Notes: generated by a model from the letters alone, not told the origin. A DNA stretch of 64,000 nt from Azolla caroliniana (GCA_043228905.1 JBHGNT010000009.1:17918001-17982000); one strand, 5' to 3'. Positions 12,060 to 25,779 are shown, counted from the stretch's first letter. Numbers and translations are program-made.

Positions 12060-14427
12060 TGACTAACAAGCAAAGTGGCTTTATGGCTTTTTTATTAGGT
12101 TCTTTCAGAAGGCCATGCATGTATAGCTGTAGATGCATGTAGCTACCGTTTTTGAAAAGCTAAAACAATAGATGCATGCCTCTTATTTCCTTTTTTCATC
12201 CTCCCTTCTCTTTGGTTTCTTTATCATCACAGCTTGAGAGAGATAGTGTGTTTTTTCCCTGTTTTAGAGAAACATTGTTGCATCATTTTTTAAATGGTGA
12301 AACCCTTCTTGTTCTTTTTTTCATGTTACTGTCGGATCCCGGTAAAGGAAAGTATGCAACTTCAAAAATCAATTAGCAACAAAGTATGAAACAAGAAAAG
12401 TTTCACGGGAATAAATTCTCAAGCAGTTTTAAGAAAAGATAACTGCTTGGTGGCAATTGGGAGAGGCTCACAGCTATCACCTATTGCAAGTGATACGAGA
12501 AGGATGGCAATGGTACTGCTGATTTGCACCTCACAATAGCCAATGGGGTATTGACAAGTGAGATGGAAACGGAAACAGCAAAATAGGCATTGGATACAGT
12601 AACAAAATTCAAAGAGGCGAAATAACTACATAGACCATATCAGCACCCTTAACACTTTTTCACAGCTCACAATAATGGGGCATACACCAAAGGGAGGTCA
12701 ATGTTGTAAATTTCTACTTCAAACTCTTACCTGATTTGAATGTTCAACTTGCCATCAATTTAACCAACAATGTGGAAAATCTAGTCTTCGACGATACTGT
12801 ACCTATGGTCCAAGAAGAAGAAAGTTGGTGGAAAAACAAAAATAAAATAGATTGGGAGTCTCACAACAGGGCAAAGCTTTGATAGTGACATGAGGGAGTC
12901 TCACAACAGGGAAATGTGTCCATGGTGACATGAAGGGAGATCAACAGAATGTGGTCGTGGGAATAAAAATCAGAAAAAATCAAAATCCAGAAGTGAGAAG
13001 AATGTTAAGCATCATCACCATGGCTAGAAAGGGTGCTACAGAAGGGAGTGTTCACGTCTCACATACAAATGGGGACAGAGACATAAGCTTTGAGTTATCA
13101 ATAGCTCAAAGCTGTGTAGCAAGCACATCACTGGAATTCTATTGAGAGTGGCATCAACAGTTTCTAAAGGCAGAAGAAGATTCCTATAATTCATCATGGA
13201 GAGCTTGGAGAGGAGATTATATGCTTCAATCAAGAGGTTTTTCAAGAAAATGGAAATAAGAGCTCGGTCTGCAGGTTGAACTAATCTCTATATTGTCTCA
13301 AACAGGCAACAAGATGCTGTACAAGAGATATAATTCCTTCATCTTCAGCCTTGGACACAAACACACTTAGTTCACATTACTGTGCCTGTGAATGAAGCAG
13401 AGCAGACGGAAATGTTTCGAAAACCATATGCACCAGCAGTGGATAGCTTAATGCTCACTACGCTATGCACAAGGCTACACATAGCACAAATGGAGCAGTT
13501 AGTCAATAAATTGTGATATCCGGTAAAGAGCATCGAAGTACTACAAAGATAACTCAAATGCTCCATTATTTATGGAGGATCTGACATTACCCTAGCGGCT
13601 ATTTTGATTCCCATTATGTAGCTGATCTTGACAACAGTAAGTTCGTCACAAGTTACAAGGTTTGTGTTTACTCTTCCTGGAGTGCTGTAGGTCGGCTTTC
13701 AAAACAGCAGTCCCTTATGACTACTTCTACAGGCAGAATTTGTTTGCAGCTATAAAAGCTAGCATTGAGGCATGATGTTCGCAAATGCTATTGGACAAAA
13801 ACAGCAGCAGACTTCTCCGTAAGAGCGTTTTGAACTTGGCAAAGAATCCGGCATTCCACTCTAAGGAAAAGCACATACGAGTTCAGAATCACTCTATTTG
13901 TGAGAAGATGGAAAAGTGTGAAAATATGCAGAAAATCCATACTAAAGCCAAGCTAGATTATATGTTTAAACAACCAATCAATAATGACATGTTTATACCA
14001 TGTAGATTTTAGCTGTTCTCCTAGGTGAAATATTAGCAGCATAAAGTTCACAAATGTAGAAAGGATGGAAGGAACCACAAAAGTGAATTTAAGTGGGATA
14101 TATGTAAGAGTGAAGCCAGTTTTGGCTAAGAAGCAAAATCCTTTCTTGATTACGGTTTTCAAAAAGGCCGTACATGTATAGCTGTAGATACATGTAGCTA
14201 TCTTATTTGGAAAATCAACACTGTATATACATACCTTAAAACTACTGCATGTACATACCTCTTACCTCCTTATGTCATCGTTCCTTTTCTTTGTTTATCA
14301 TCCATCTTCAGAAGAGACTGTTTTTCTCATTATTTGAACAGAAATTGTTGCATCAATTTTGAACCAAGGGAATCCTACTATAATTTTTATATCCTTCTCT
14401 TTTTCAATTTCCGCTTTGATTCAACAG
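12060..14427 (+). mobile_element. Highly decayed, internally deleted Ty1/copia element; LTR remnants at ~12060-12330 and ~14090-14427 (boundaries approximate)
   Basis: 13400-14010 encodes KPYAPAVDSLM..CTRLHIA (RT C-terminus) and SVLNLAKNPAFHSKEKHIRVQNHSICE (Copia RNase H); aaggcc..catgtatagctgtagat.catgtagcta is repeated at ~12110 and ~14165. Confidence 0.7.
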
Positions 14428-15029
14428 TTGTCATTGGGTGTATAATACCACACATTCTAAAATTTTTTGATGGCATGTTAAGAGATACATATTCTTCTAT
14501 ATAAGCACACTTGTCAAACCAAAAACACAGCAGTAAAATCAAAGTAAGTTGATATTACATGCGTTCAATATTTAAAATCACTATAGCAGCATATAAATCC
14601 AGATACATATGCAAAAACCCATGCACATGTGCAAAAATTTCATCTATATACATAAAAAATATTGTACATATACAAAGAATGGATAGCCCTTCCCAAGCAA
14701 TGGCTTGTTCAGATTCATATACAAATATTTATAGAAGATAACCTCATTTTTTTGAATGAATTGCTGATAATTAACCTCGATATTGAAATTTGAACGCATC
14801 ACATTTCTTTCACAGACCATTGGGTCGCAGAAAGTGATTAGAAAGAATTTTAGAAAGTGATTCGAAATGTCGAATTGAAACCCGTGAGTCAGAGAAAAAA
14901 GTAAGAAAGCATAATGGTTCCTCAACTCACCTGAAAACAAATCCATTATCTACATCAACCGGCCTTCCATGTCATCGATCCATCAAATGAAGTTCCTTGA
15001 CAAAACTGCCTTGAAAAATACCTTCCTTA

Positions 15030-15578
15030 CTATCTGTCATGCTGATCGAAGGAGACATTCCCGAGGAGTGTGTTGTTCTCCAAGATCTTGCGCACAAACT
15101 CGGACTTATAATCACCATAACCGCAACATAGAGAAGTTCTCGGAGAATATAATTCCAAACCCCCATCCTCGATGTGGCCACCACTACTGAAACAACAAGA
15201 GAACATACTCTTGGATCGGAAGGGAAATGCCAAGCAATTCCCCATCTTTGTCTTCATTCGGGGCAGAAAAGAACATCTCTGATCAGGAGAAGAAGCTAAA
15301 GAAAGAAGAGGTAATAATGACGATGACGATGGTGGTGGCGGTGGCGGTCCAAGGGTTAAGGTTCGCCGAAGATGATTCGACGATTCTTGAGGAACAATAT
15401 CGGGGTCGGAAGGATCAAGGGGAAGGACCTCTGATTCTTGCTGATGAATAATGCAATTTAGGGTTTGAACTAAAGGAGGAGGAAGAGGAGGAGGGGGGAC
15501 TGTTAGGGTTTGAGGAGAAGGATCAACGGAGAGAGATGAGCGATGATGGGGAAGACAAAATGGGAAGTCTGGAGGCAT
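15030..15578 (-). CDS. Possible host gene, uncharacterised Pro/Ser-rich 182-aa protein
   Basis: ATG-initiated ORF with no TE similarity that I recognise; pyrimidine-rich leader; strong donor CAG|GTGAGT just downstream at ~14931; low complexity could inflate the ORF length. Confidence 0.35.
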   Translation of the reverse strand: MPPDFPFCLPHHRSSLSVDPSPQTLTVPPPPLPPPLVQTLNCIIHQQESEVLPLDPSDPDIVPQESSNHLRRTLTLGPPPPPPSSSSLLPLLSLASSPDQRCSFLPRMKTKMGNCLAFPFRSKSMFSCCFSSGGHIEDGGLELYSPRTSLCCGYGDYKSEFVRKILENNTLLGNVSFDQHDR

Positions 15579-15727
15579 AGTCTCCCTGCTCTGCCTTGCT
15601 GTCCACCATGCAGGAGAGAGTATCTTTGATCAAGAAAAGGAGAAGAGACCTTAGCAACAAAGGAAGGAGGTAAGGAAGGAAGGAAGGAAGGCAGGGCCTC
15701 TCACATGGGCTCCAACAACAGCCCTAC

Positions 15728-15875
15728 CCTGCCATGTCCTGTCCTGTCCTATCCTGCCATGTCCTGTCTTGTCCTGTCCTGTCCCATCCTGCCATGTCCT
15801 GTCTTGTCCTGTCCTGCCATGTCCTGCCATGTCCTGTCCTGCCATGCCCTGCCATGACCTGTCCTGCCATGTCCT
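15728..15875. repeat. Mixed pentanucleotide microsatellite (GTCCT/GCCAT)n
   Basis: Directly visible 5-mer runs. Confidence 0.95.
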
Positions 15876-15947
15876 CTCTAGTCTCACCACATACTTCCAC
15901 GTGCCTTCTAGTACTCTCTCTAATACATATACATAGATAGATCATAG

Positions 15948-16325
15948 AACCATTATGATTGGTCATATGCTCGCTAAACTAGCCAGCATTCGGTTCTTAC
16001 TCATCACATGCTCGCCAAACTGGTAACCGTTCGGTTATGATTGGTCCACATGCTTGCTAAACTGCTCACCATTCGGTTTATGATTGGTCACATGCTCACT
16101 AAACTGGTAACCATTCGGTTGTGATTGGTCATATGCTCGCCAAACTAGTAACCATCGGTTATGATTGATCATATGCTCGATAAACTAGTAACCATTCGGT
16201 TATGATTGAGCATATGCTCGCTAAACTAGTAACCATTCAATTATGATTAATCATATGCTCCCTAAACTAGTAACCATTCTGTTATGATTAATCATATGGT
16301 CGCTAAACTAGTAATCATTCGGTTA
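15948..16325. repeat. ~40-bp minisatellite, about 9 units (accattcggttatgattggtcatatgctcgctaaactagta)
   Basis: Directly visible tandem units. Confidence 0.92.
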
Positions 16326-16411
16326 AGTGCACACTTAGGGGTTTTTACATGAATTTATTATTATTATTTCTCAAAAATTCGTTTTTCTCTGCACATTTTC
16401 AAGAAACACAG

Positions 16412-17450
16412 TGTCGTGAAAATCCGTCACTAAGTGTGAATCGTGAGGTGGAACCACCGGGGTTTTGGACTGGAAGGATTTAGGGCTCACATGCACAACA
16501 CGATTGTTCGATCGTTTTGTGAAAAGGAGAGTTGCATGGGAAAACCCGAATCAACCCCTTAGCCACAAGATGAACAAATATACAAGAGGAACTTACACAC
16601 ATTAAGACACAAATATTCGAACGTGTTTGTGAAAAGGATAGGTGCATGGGCAAGCCCAAATCAACCCCTAGTTACAAGACGAATGAACGCATGAGAGGAA
16701 GGGTTAAACACACAAGACATAATAGTTTAAATGCCTTTGTGAGGAGGAGAGGTGCATGGTTTCCCAAAACCTTCCCCAACACAAGATGACCAAAAGTACA
16801 AGCAAGAGACAAGAACATGCACATGAATGCCTGAATGCCTTTATGAGGAGAAGAGGTGCATGGTTTCCCGAAACCTTCCCCATCATAAAACGACCAAACG
16901 TACAAGCAAGAGCCAAGAACATACACACGAATGCTCGAACACCTTTATGCGGAGGAGAGGTGCATGGTTTCCCGAAACCTTCCCCGTCACAAGACACACA
17001 AAAACACAAGGAAGAGACAAGAACACACATGCGAATTTCCGAACGCCTTTATGAGGAGGAGAGGTGCACAGTTTCCTGAAACCTTCCCCGTCACAAGATG
17101 GGCAAACAGACAAGACACATAGGTGAAAGGAAACATTGCTTGATTACAAAATAAGATCATCTTTTATAAAATAAGATTCAAGTTACTAGAGGTTGGACCA
17201 AGGAAGATAGTTCTCAAGGAAGGGGGAAGAGAGATGGAGAAGAGAAAGTAGCGGAGCATAAAAGAGAGAAATCCTTGGTTGTTGATGAGATCCCCCAACA
17301 ACCGACGACTTCGTTGCCTCCTCTTAATGTTGAAGCTTCATACTCTGCTTGATTAAGATCCCTCGTCTTCCACCTTTTCAAATCCTTACAGCTTTTGTGT
17401 CTTCTTCTCCTCTCCCCCCTTCTTGTTAAGAATAAACTTTTATTTATAGG
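16412..17450 (-). mobile_element. Decayed LTR related to the D LTR, with ~105-bp repeat array at ~16500-17120; right boundary uncertain
   Basis: Starts TGTCGTGAA...GGAACCACCGGGGTTTTGGAC, like D TGTCGCGAA...GGAACCACGAGGGTCTTGGAC; same tttatgaggaggagaggtgcatgg..cccg..cgtcacaaga units; followed by ttttataaaataag as in D. Confidence 0.7.
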
Positions 17451-17499
17451 TTTTTTGTTGCTTGTGTTATGATAACTTATTTGAATGCCCTTCTATTGG

Positions 17500-20400
17500 C
17501 CAACACATTGTCGTTGGTTTGATCTCACTCGGCTTGGGGTCAACTATCATATCCTTTCCATTTTTTGCAAGCAACCTAATCAGCCTTTCAATTTGATAAG
17601 CTGGTTGCTCACATATTACCATTCTATGCTCTATTTTGTAGTAGCATGCCTAATTAGATCTTGCTTTCATTCCCTTAATTCCAATTAGATAATTTTCATC
17701 ATCGATAAGTGATGTCCATTCAATTTCAGAGGGACTTATGGCTTTGTATTCCAAGGTTTGCTTGTTGCATGCAATGACATATGTAATCCTCATTAGCATG
17801 CATTTACCCCTGTTTATCCTCCATATTCTAGCCTTTTGAGTGCCCACATCATTACATAGAAATCTCTTCCAATCTGCCAAGGTATTCCCTTTGGGCATTG
17901 ATTAAATCGGCCCATTTGAAGCTTGCTTTTTGTCCTATCATCAGCCCATCCACATCTTTAATTAGTGGGTTCCAAACAATAGGCATGTACATTCGAGCAT
18001 ATGCATCATTTCTCCACCTACAAACGATTCCCTGTCTTATTCCTTGCCATGTACTCATAATTCCAACAACACATATACTCAGTGTACATCCCCGGTATTT
18101 GGGTCACATTTTTGGCACAAACCCCCCAAAAGCGCTACTTGGCCAACTTCCACCTTGTCTTGGCAACCACATCTTCCATTTGCGTCGCCAAAGAATTTTC
18201 CTAGGTGCCTCAGGTGGTTGCAAGCTCCTGACCACCAATTTGCATAGCAAGGCCTTCGTTTGCACCACAGGATCTATTAGTCCCATCCCACCTTCACTTT
18301 TATCTTTTATAAGTGTGGTCCATGCAACCTTTGCATGAGCATGTTTTTCCTCTATGCCCCCCAATAAGAAATTTCTGATCAACCTTTTTATCACTTTCAT
18401 CGACTTGGGTGGGATTATCGAACATGCTATAATATGCTATAATGTGGTCATTAAAACCTGATTTGCAATCACAATCTTGGCTGCAAAGGATAGGTTTCTT
18501 GCATCCACCATATTAGCTTCACTTTTATTTTGTCCACAAGTAAATTGTAGTGTTTTGAGCAATCAATGTCCATCCCGATTTTGAAACCCAAGTATCTAGT
18601 AGCTTCTCCTCTCCTCAACCATCTGAAAGTAGGGTCTGGAGCCCAATTTACCACAGGCTTATTGCTAAAATGCCCACTGATTTATTCTAGTTTATTTTAA
18701 CACCCAATCCCCTACAAAACTCATTTATTGCACTTTGCAATCTGTCCAAGTTGTTTGCATCCCCCTTAACGTAAGTTGTTGTATCATCAACATATTCTGT
18801 ATCAAGCACCATTCCTGCATCCTCGGGTAGGGGAAGGCCTTGTATTTGCCAATATCTATCAACAATATGATAATGCAAAGCTTCTGTTGCAATAATGAAT
18901 AGGTATGGGGCCAATGGGCATCCTTGACGTATCGATCATGTAATCCTAAAGCTCTTCCCCAAGCTTCCAACCATTAAAACTTTGCTGGAAGCATCCCTGT
19001 AAAAGGCAACCAATCCAAGGATCCGCCTACGACATCCATCACTGCTTCTAGGAATTCCTATGAGATCTTGTCATATGCTTTTTCGAAGTCGAGTAACATT
19101 ACTGCTAGGTCCACTCCTTGCTCCTCCGCCCATGCTAAATACTCCCAGAAAGTAACTATCACATTGTCAAAAATGCTCCGGTTTTCTAGGAAGCCAGTTT
19201 GTGTTGTATGTATTATGTCCCCTAGGACCGTTTTCATTCTACGATTGACAACTTTAGCCATGATCTTATAGGCATTAGTGAGAATCGTCAATGGTAGCCA
19301 ATTATAAAGCATTGCTAGATCTTTTCCATCCTTGGGAATTAAATAATTCATTCCTCTACACATTGTTGGAGGCATTAAACCTTTGGCCATAATGTATTGC
19401 ATCCCTTCCAACATGTCATCCTTAATTAGATCCCAATATTTAATATAAAAATATATAGGGAGTCCATCAATGCCTGCACAACTTTGTTTGTTCATATCTG
19501 AAATTGCATCCCATAATTCCGGCATACATATAAGGGTATTTAGACGGTCCATCATCTGAGCAATAACTCTCTTCGGTATCCTGTTTATTATATTTCTAAA
19601 GGCATCCTGCTCAATCTATTCCTCGTTGCATACATTCAATAGTTGCATATAATAGCTTGTGCCCATTTCAAGCATTTCCTCCTCGCACGTGGTCATTGTG
19701 CCATCAGTCTTTTTCAAACATGAAAGTTGAGTCCCAGAGCCTTTACATTTTACAGCTTCAAAAAAACCTTCCGTAACACGGTCTTCTATCGTCATCCAAC
19801 TTGCTGTTGTACTTCGATAGACATTAGTAGTCCTTAGTTTCTGATACATATCTAGTTTGCATTTTGCCTCCTCTAGTCGGGCCTTAATCCATACATTATT
19901 CGGGTATTGTTCTCTTAGTCGCTGCATAGAAGCGAGTGTCCATTGCATTCTTTGTAGTTTCTCCTTCATCTCTTTTCTAATTTCAGTTGCTTTCTTCCGA
20001 AAGAAACATGCACATTCCTCAATTTTTCTAGCCATGCTATGAGCGGGATCATGATACATCCATTTGACATTAGACCATAGTCTTCTTATATCATTAGTCC
20101 ATTTATTGTCCATAACCAACTCCTTGCTCACCTTCACGTTATGTGGATTGCATCAAATGTTTTCTTTTATATGCAACATGACTGGTGCATGGTCTGAGAA
20201 CATCATTCCCGGACAAATTCTGCATTTGTCTTTCATATTGATGAGCCGAGGGTCCAAATACCATCTGTCCAGCCTGGACATTGTCCTCCCATGCACGCTT
20301 CCTCCTACTCTAGAGTATAGAAGAGATTTTTCTTTTTGCATTTGAAAGTTAGGTGCATTCCAACAGTCTATCACATTATATGCTAAACAAAACTTATCCA

Positions 20401-22605
20401 ATGCATCTTTTTCCACCCCTTGCACCGTGCCATTTTCATTTTCGCTTCTATCTTCTTGTTGCTCCACCATATTAAAATCTCCTCCATGATCCACGAATCT
20501 GCATTTGGTTTCTTGTCCACTAGTTGCAACCAGAATTCCTTTCTTTCAACAGCTGAATTTGGGGCATATATGTTCAGTATGCCTAAGTGCCCATATTTGT
20601 GTTTTATCCTTATATAGACAACACGACCCTCTATTAAACACCCTCTGCTTGTGAATGCTGCATTATACTTAGATTTCATTGCTATGAGTACTCCCCCATG
20701 AATTTGTCCGTCCCACGTAGCTGCCGACCATGTATTGGTCCAAATCCCAGGGCAAATGTTTCCGATTTTGTCGATCTTATCCCCATCTAGATAGTGCTCT
20801 TGCACCATGATAACATCAGGCACTATTACCTCAATGCATCACTGAATTTCAGCAGCTAATACATTCTTCCTCATGTGGAATTGGCTGCCACCAATTCCTT
20901 GTATATTCCATGTTAGCAAGCTAAGATTCATTTCAACATATACAGTGCCACTTTAGTGGCCCAACCAATGCATTTTCAGCTTCCACTAGGTTCGTAAGAT
21001 CATATCTTGGAGATTATCCTCTTCTAGTGTCACCATTTCAAGGTGGTATACCATGAATTCTATGATCAATTATATAGCATATGTCTTGCTCATTCGCCTT
21101 GCCCGAGCTCCATATCATGACATCTTTCCATTGTCTTTTCATTTTCACACCTATTGCGGTACCATATGTTAAATCTACATGAGCACCCATTTGTTGCTCC
21201 AACCATCCGAGTGCTTCTTCTCTATTGTGGGGCTCCTTATTTCCAGTGACCAACATATAGGACAGTCCAACAATCTGACCTTTGTCCTCACAATTACTAT
21301 AGATATTGATTCTACACATGTTGTCCTTCTTCATCTCAGCTCCACACATTTCCTTGAACCACTTTTTCCCTGTCAGTTTCAATTTGATTTGTTGCCCGGT
21401 ATTCTATAGGGGGGTCACTTTGTAGTGAGGGTTCCATTTCACTCTTGACCATTTACACATACCTTTATTTGTCTCCATTCCATTCTCTTCCTCTTTTCTA
21501 GCACATATGTGCCTTTTCATTTTTGTTATCCCCTTAATATGTTGGCTTGTCACTAGTGACTTATCTTGATCTTTGAAGGGGCTTACGTCCTTTCCAATTC
21601 TTATTTCTCCTACCTTATCCATACATTCCTAATGCATCTGATAATTTTCAACCACTAACAAGCCGTTTTCCTGCTGCAATGTATGCGTATAATTAATAGC
21701 ACTCACAAAGTTGCTCTCCGAATTTGCCTTTGATCTTGCTTCCTTGTCATTAGCTATGTTTTCATTGTCCTCTAAGGTTAGGAGTTCATATTTGTTGCTA
21801 AGTGGAAGCCATTCTTGTCCGAGCATAATTTTTTGTTTTCCTTTATTGTTTATATACTTCCATCCATCTTCATTCATCCACATTGCATGGATTATTCGCA
21901 TATTGTTTTGTTGTGTCAGACTTGTTGGACTTTTCCATCCATGCTTCCCATTTCTATGATGCATGGTCTCCTTACCTCTAGGGCATTCTTGGGCCATATG
22001 CCCCATTTGTCTACATACAAAGCATTGCCCTGGGAGTCCTACATATTCCATTGGCTGTACATGGTCAGACATTAGTTTGCTACTTAGCACCATTGATTAT
22101 GGTAGGGCCTTTACATAAGAGACAATTAATTTCATCCTTGGCGTTTCACTTACTCTCTTTGCAAATGTTTTTTCCAAGCATTGCCCTCCCATACTTTTAC
22201 CAATGGCTGGGAGAAAGGACTACATCCCATTTGCTTTACACATGTCAAAGTCTACATCCCATTTGAATACATATGCTCTTGCATTATGCCATGTCAACGG
22301 GTTGTGATAATTTTGCATACATTCGTTTCAGGCCTCACAGTAACATGGTAAAACCCCTTTCCCATAAATGTGATGTCCTTCATTCTTCCAAGGTTTTCTT
22401 GTAGGCAACTTTGCAACCAATAACGCAACAACGGGTGATTTGGTTGACTACCCACCACTTTCACCACAAATGATTCCTGTCTAAGTCTTATTATTTCACT
22501 CTCCAAGATGCATTCTTCTTCCGGGGAGAGAACGAAGGCTCCCATAGCTTGCATTGAGCTATCACTTAGCCTATTTGTTACGGGCATGACCATATAATAT
22601 CCCGT
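17500..22605 (-). mobile_element. Decayed L1-type LINE, interrupted in ORF1 by the LTR-element stack
   Basis: ORF2 starts at 20931 (MNLSLLTWNIQG; APE endonuclease VQEH, NIYAPN, GDFN, SRLDRWY, SDH; RT LLDFEKAYD, APYLFII, YVDD); ORF1 has a DUF4283-like region (22294-22600) and CFVCRQMGHMAQEC knuckle; many stops and frameshifts. Confidence 0.93.
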
Positions 22606-24909
22606 TATCGCGTTACTACGCACGTGCGTGGAGAAACGAGGCGGGACCACCGGGGTCTTGAACCGAAAAGCAGGTGATAGAAGGGGAAAGAAAAAGAGAG
22701 AGACGCCCGGTTACGTATGAGCAAAGAAACACAGGGACACGGCCCGTCAACGCAGAAGACACGAATGGACACAGAGATAGAGAGACACGAATGTTTATAT
22801 ATTAACAAATGACAAATAAACGACAGAGCATGCGAGCGGTTACAATCGAACAGGCCGGCGAATAGATGCCGATGCCTGCTCGTCTGCGCACGAAAGGGGA
22901 AAGGATGGAGGTGCTGCCGGAAGCACACGGGTGTTCCTCGAAGCAGCGCGAGCCTCCCGAAAACCTGCAGAGAAGAGCGATGGAGAACGAATAGAGGAGA
23001 AGCGTTCGGTTTCGGTCCGACAACACTTCGTCCTCCTCAAAGCGCGATCCCTTTCTCCCCGCGTCTCCCTCTCTTTTATAGCTTTAAGAAGGGTGCCGTC
23101 TCCCTCATTAACTTCCTACCTACCGAATCTAACTACCTAGGATATGTCTTTGTACTTAATTCTCTATTATATACATTAAAGGGCGCGCACGCGTGAAGAG
23201 CCGGTTCACGCGCGCTATGCCCCGATTGCGCTAAGGGACGGTTTTCTTCACGACATCCGCCCCCACCTAACCGCGCATCCACCGGTATGCGCCAAAATTG
23301 GGTTCTGGTTGGAGAAAACCGGTCCGGGTTCCACTTCCTCATTCATCGGTTCGTCCTTCGTTTCTGACCGTTCGTCGGCGCTGTCCAGGCCTCTTAGATC
23401 CGGTTCGCCATCGTGGCGCTTCTTGAACGCTTTGATCCGCTTCCCTGCTACCGGTATCGCCATCCTCGTACCGTCGAGTTCCGCCAGGTGATACGTCTCG
23501 TTGCCATTGGCGCTTGTTACCACGTAAGGCCCGAACCATCGCTTTGCAAACTTCCGTGTTGCCCGGTGCTGGTTGTCGAGGCTGCTGTCGTAGACTAGCA
23601 CCCAGTCGCCTTCCTCGATTTTCTTTGGTTGGAGCCGGTGCGTTCGGTCGAACCGGGCTTTGTTCTTCATCCTCGCCGTTCGAAGTCTCTCCGCCGCTCG
23701 TTCCACGTCCTCTGGCCTCCGCTCGAGCTGCCGTATACGCGCCGCTAGCAGTTCTTCCCGACTAATCTCGTCTCCCCAGTCCACTGTCGCCCAAGAGGAG
23801 ATCGTCCGTTCCATCGGCATGATCGGCTTCTGTCCGAACATGAGCTCTGATGGCATGAACCCGGTTACCGAACTGTGCATTGTCCGGTCCGCCCACAAGG
23901 CATAAGGTAACAGTCGTGGCCAGTTCCCGACCTAGCCTCCGCATGCCCGGACTAGCGCTTTGACGATCGGTCCGTGTCCGCGCTCCACCTTCCCGTTCGC
24001 CTCCGGATTGTACGCTGTGGTGAGCGAGAGCTTGACCCCTAACTGGTCGAACAGCTCCTCGGCCTCTTCGGCGTCCAACTCCCCGCGGTCAGCCACGATC
24101 TTCCCGACGCACCCGTACCGGCATATCATGTCCTCGATCAGGAACCGACACATGGCCGTGGTCGTTTTGTTCTGCAGGGCTCAGCCTTCCACCTGGTTCG
24201 TCAGGTCCTCCCGAGCCAGCACCAGATATCGCATCTGCCCTACGCCCATCGACATCGTCACCAAATCTACCATCCATTTGAAGTGGATGGCTGGAGGGTA
24301 TGTAGGGTGAAGCTTGTCCCAATGTCGGACTATGGAGTGTATCTGACAGCTCTCACAAGTTGTCACGAACCGATGCACGTCCCGGTACAGTCCCGGCCAC
24401 CAGTACTTCCCCTTTAGTTTCTCGAACGTGGCCCACGTCCCACAGTGTCCAGCCCAGGGGCTGTCGTGGTAGGCCTTCAGCAACTCCTCATGTTCCTCCT
24501 TCATCGCCACTACTCGGAGCGGGATGCCGTTTCTCTTCTTCGGGTGCTTCCACAAGTATCCGTCCCGGAGAAAGAATCGGTACGCTTTCTTTCGGATCCG
24601 GTTGGCCTCGTCCTTTGTCCATGATGCGTCCGGCGTCATCGTCCTTAAGAATCCCCCAATCTGCAGCCACTCCCCGTCATACTTGCTCTCGTTGAAATCG
24701 TTAAGCGCCGGAGTGCTCCCCCCCTCGATTGTTACGTAAGCCGCCTCGAAGAAGTCCACGCCGACTTCCTCGTCCTCCGAAACGATGCCGCCCTCGTCGT
24801 CGAATCGCGCCCTCGAAAGCATTTCGGTCATGGCATTGTTTTTCCCGGAAATGTGTCGTATTTCCGGATCCAGGGACTTGATGTACGCTATCCACCTGAG
24901 CATTGCCAG
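22606..24909 (-). mobile_element. Ty3/gypsy X, 3' part: 3' LTR 22606-23255, PPT, integrase and end of RNase H
   Basis: LTR ends ttttcttcacgaca like element A; PPT TTAGGTGGGGGCGGA on minus strand; ORFs 23248-23898, 23932-24153 and 24181-24909 are close paralogs of A pol with stops. Confidence 0.92.
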
Positions 24910-25085
24910 CTGCCGAATCCGCGCCGCCAGCAACTCTTCCCTGCTGATCTCGTCCTTCCAGTCCACAGCGACCCACGAAGTGATCATTTATTCCACCAGC
25001 ATAATCGGTTTTGGCCCGTACATCAACTCCGTCGGCATGAACCCTATCACTGAACTTTGCGTAGTCCGGTCAGCCCATAGCACGT

Positions 25086-25759
25086 TGTCGTGAAGAAAAC
25101 CGCCCACAAGAGGAATCGGAGGAACAAGGCGTGGGAAACGGCTCTACACACACGCGCGCCAAGAAGTACATACGAGGATCCTAGGTGGGTAGATTCGGTT
25201 GGTATGCAGTTAATGCCAAACGGCCTCTTGACGGGCTATAAAAGGAAGAGGAAGAATAGAAGTGGGATATCTCGCGGGGGAGAGGACGAAGTGCTGCCGA
25301 ACCGATTTCGGAGCTCCTCTCTCACTCCTGCTTTCTCTGTCTTCTGCTCCATCGCGTACCTGTGCAGGTTTCGAGGAGGCTTGCGCTGTTCCGTGGAACG
25401 CCCCGAGTGCGTCCTGCAGCACCTCCGACCTGTTTTCCCTTTTCTGTGCGTCGCAACATACAGGGGTCGGCATCTGTTCGCCGCCCCGTTCGTTTTCGTT
25501 AGTATCCATTCCGTGCCCCACCGTGGGTTGTAATACTTTGGTCTGTTATTTTCTTGCATTCATAAGTACATATCTTTCGTTGTTGCGTCCATCTGCGTCG
25601 GTGTTTGTTTGTGATCTCCGTTTGTTGGGCCGTGTCCCTGTGCAATCTTCGGTTCTGTGTAATCGGGTCTCTCTCTTACTCCGCTCTCTCTTGCTCTTCG
25701 GTCCAAGACCCCCGTGGTCCCTCCCCCTTTCTGCACGCAAGGGCGTAGCAACCCCGACA
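25086..25759 (+). repeat. A 5' LTR
   Basis: Direct repeat of 31481-32154; TATA-like CTATAAAAGG at ~25236. Confidence 0.97.
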
Positions 25760-25762
25760 TCT

Positions 25763-25779
25763 TGGTGAACCCGACGTGA
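25763..25779 (+). promoter_or_regulatory. Primer binding site complementary to tRNA-Trp
   Basis: TGGTGAACCCGACGTGA is the reverse complement of the plant tRNA-Trp 3' end (..TCACGTCGGGTTCA-CCA, from memory); 3 nt after the LTR. Confidence 0.85.

Noticed and set aside
15651-15966. ORFs made of GQDRT/SCPVL repeats
   Set aside because: Translation of a pentanucleotide microsatellite
24181-24987. 268-aa ORF as a novel fusion protein
   Set aside because: It is the X/Y deletion junction; no real start codon and it ends at a premature stop
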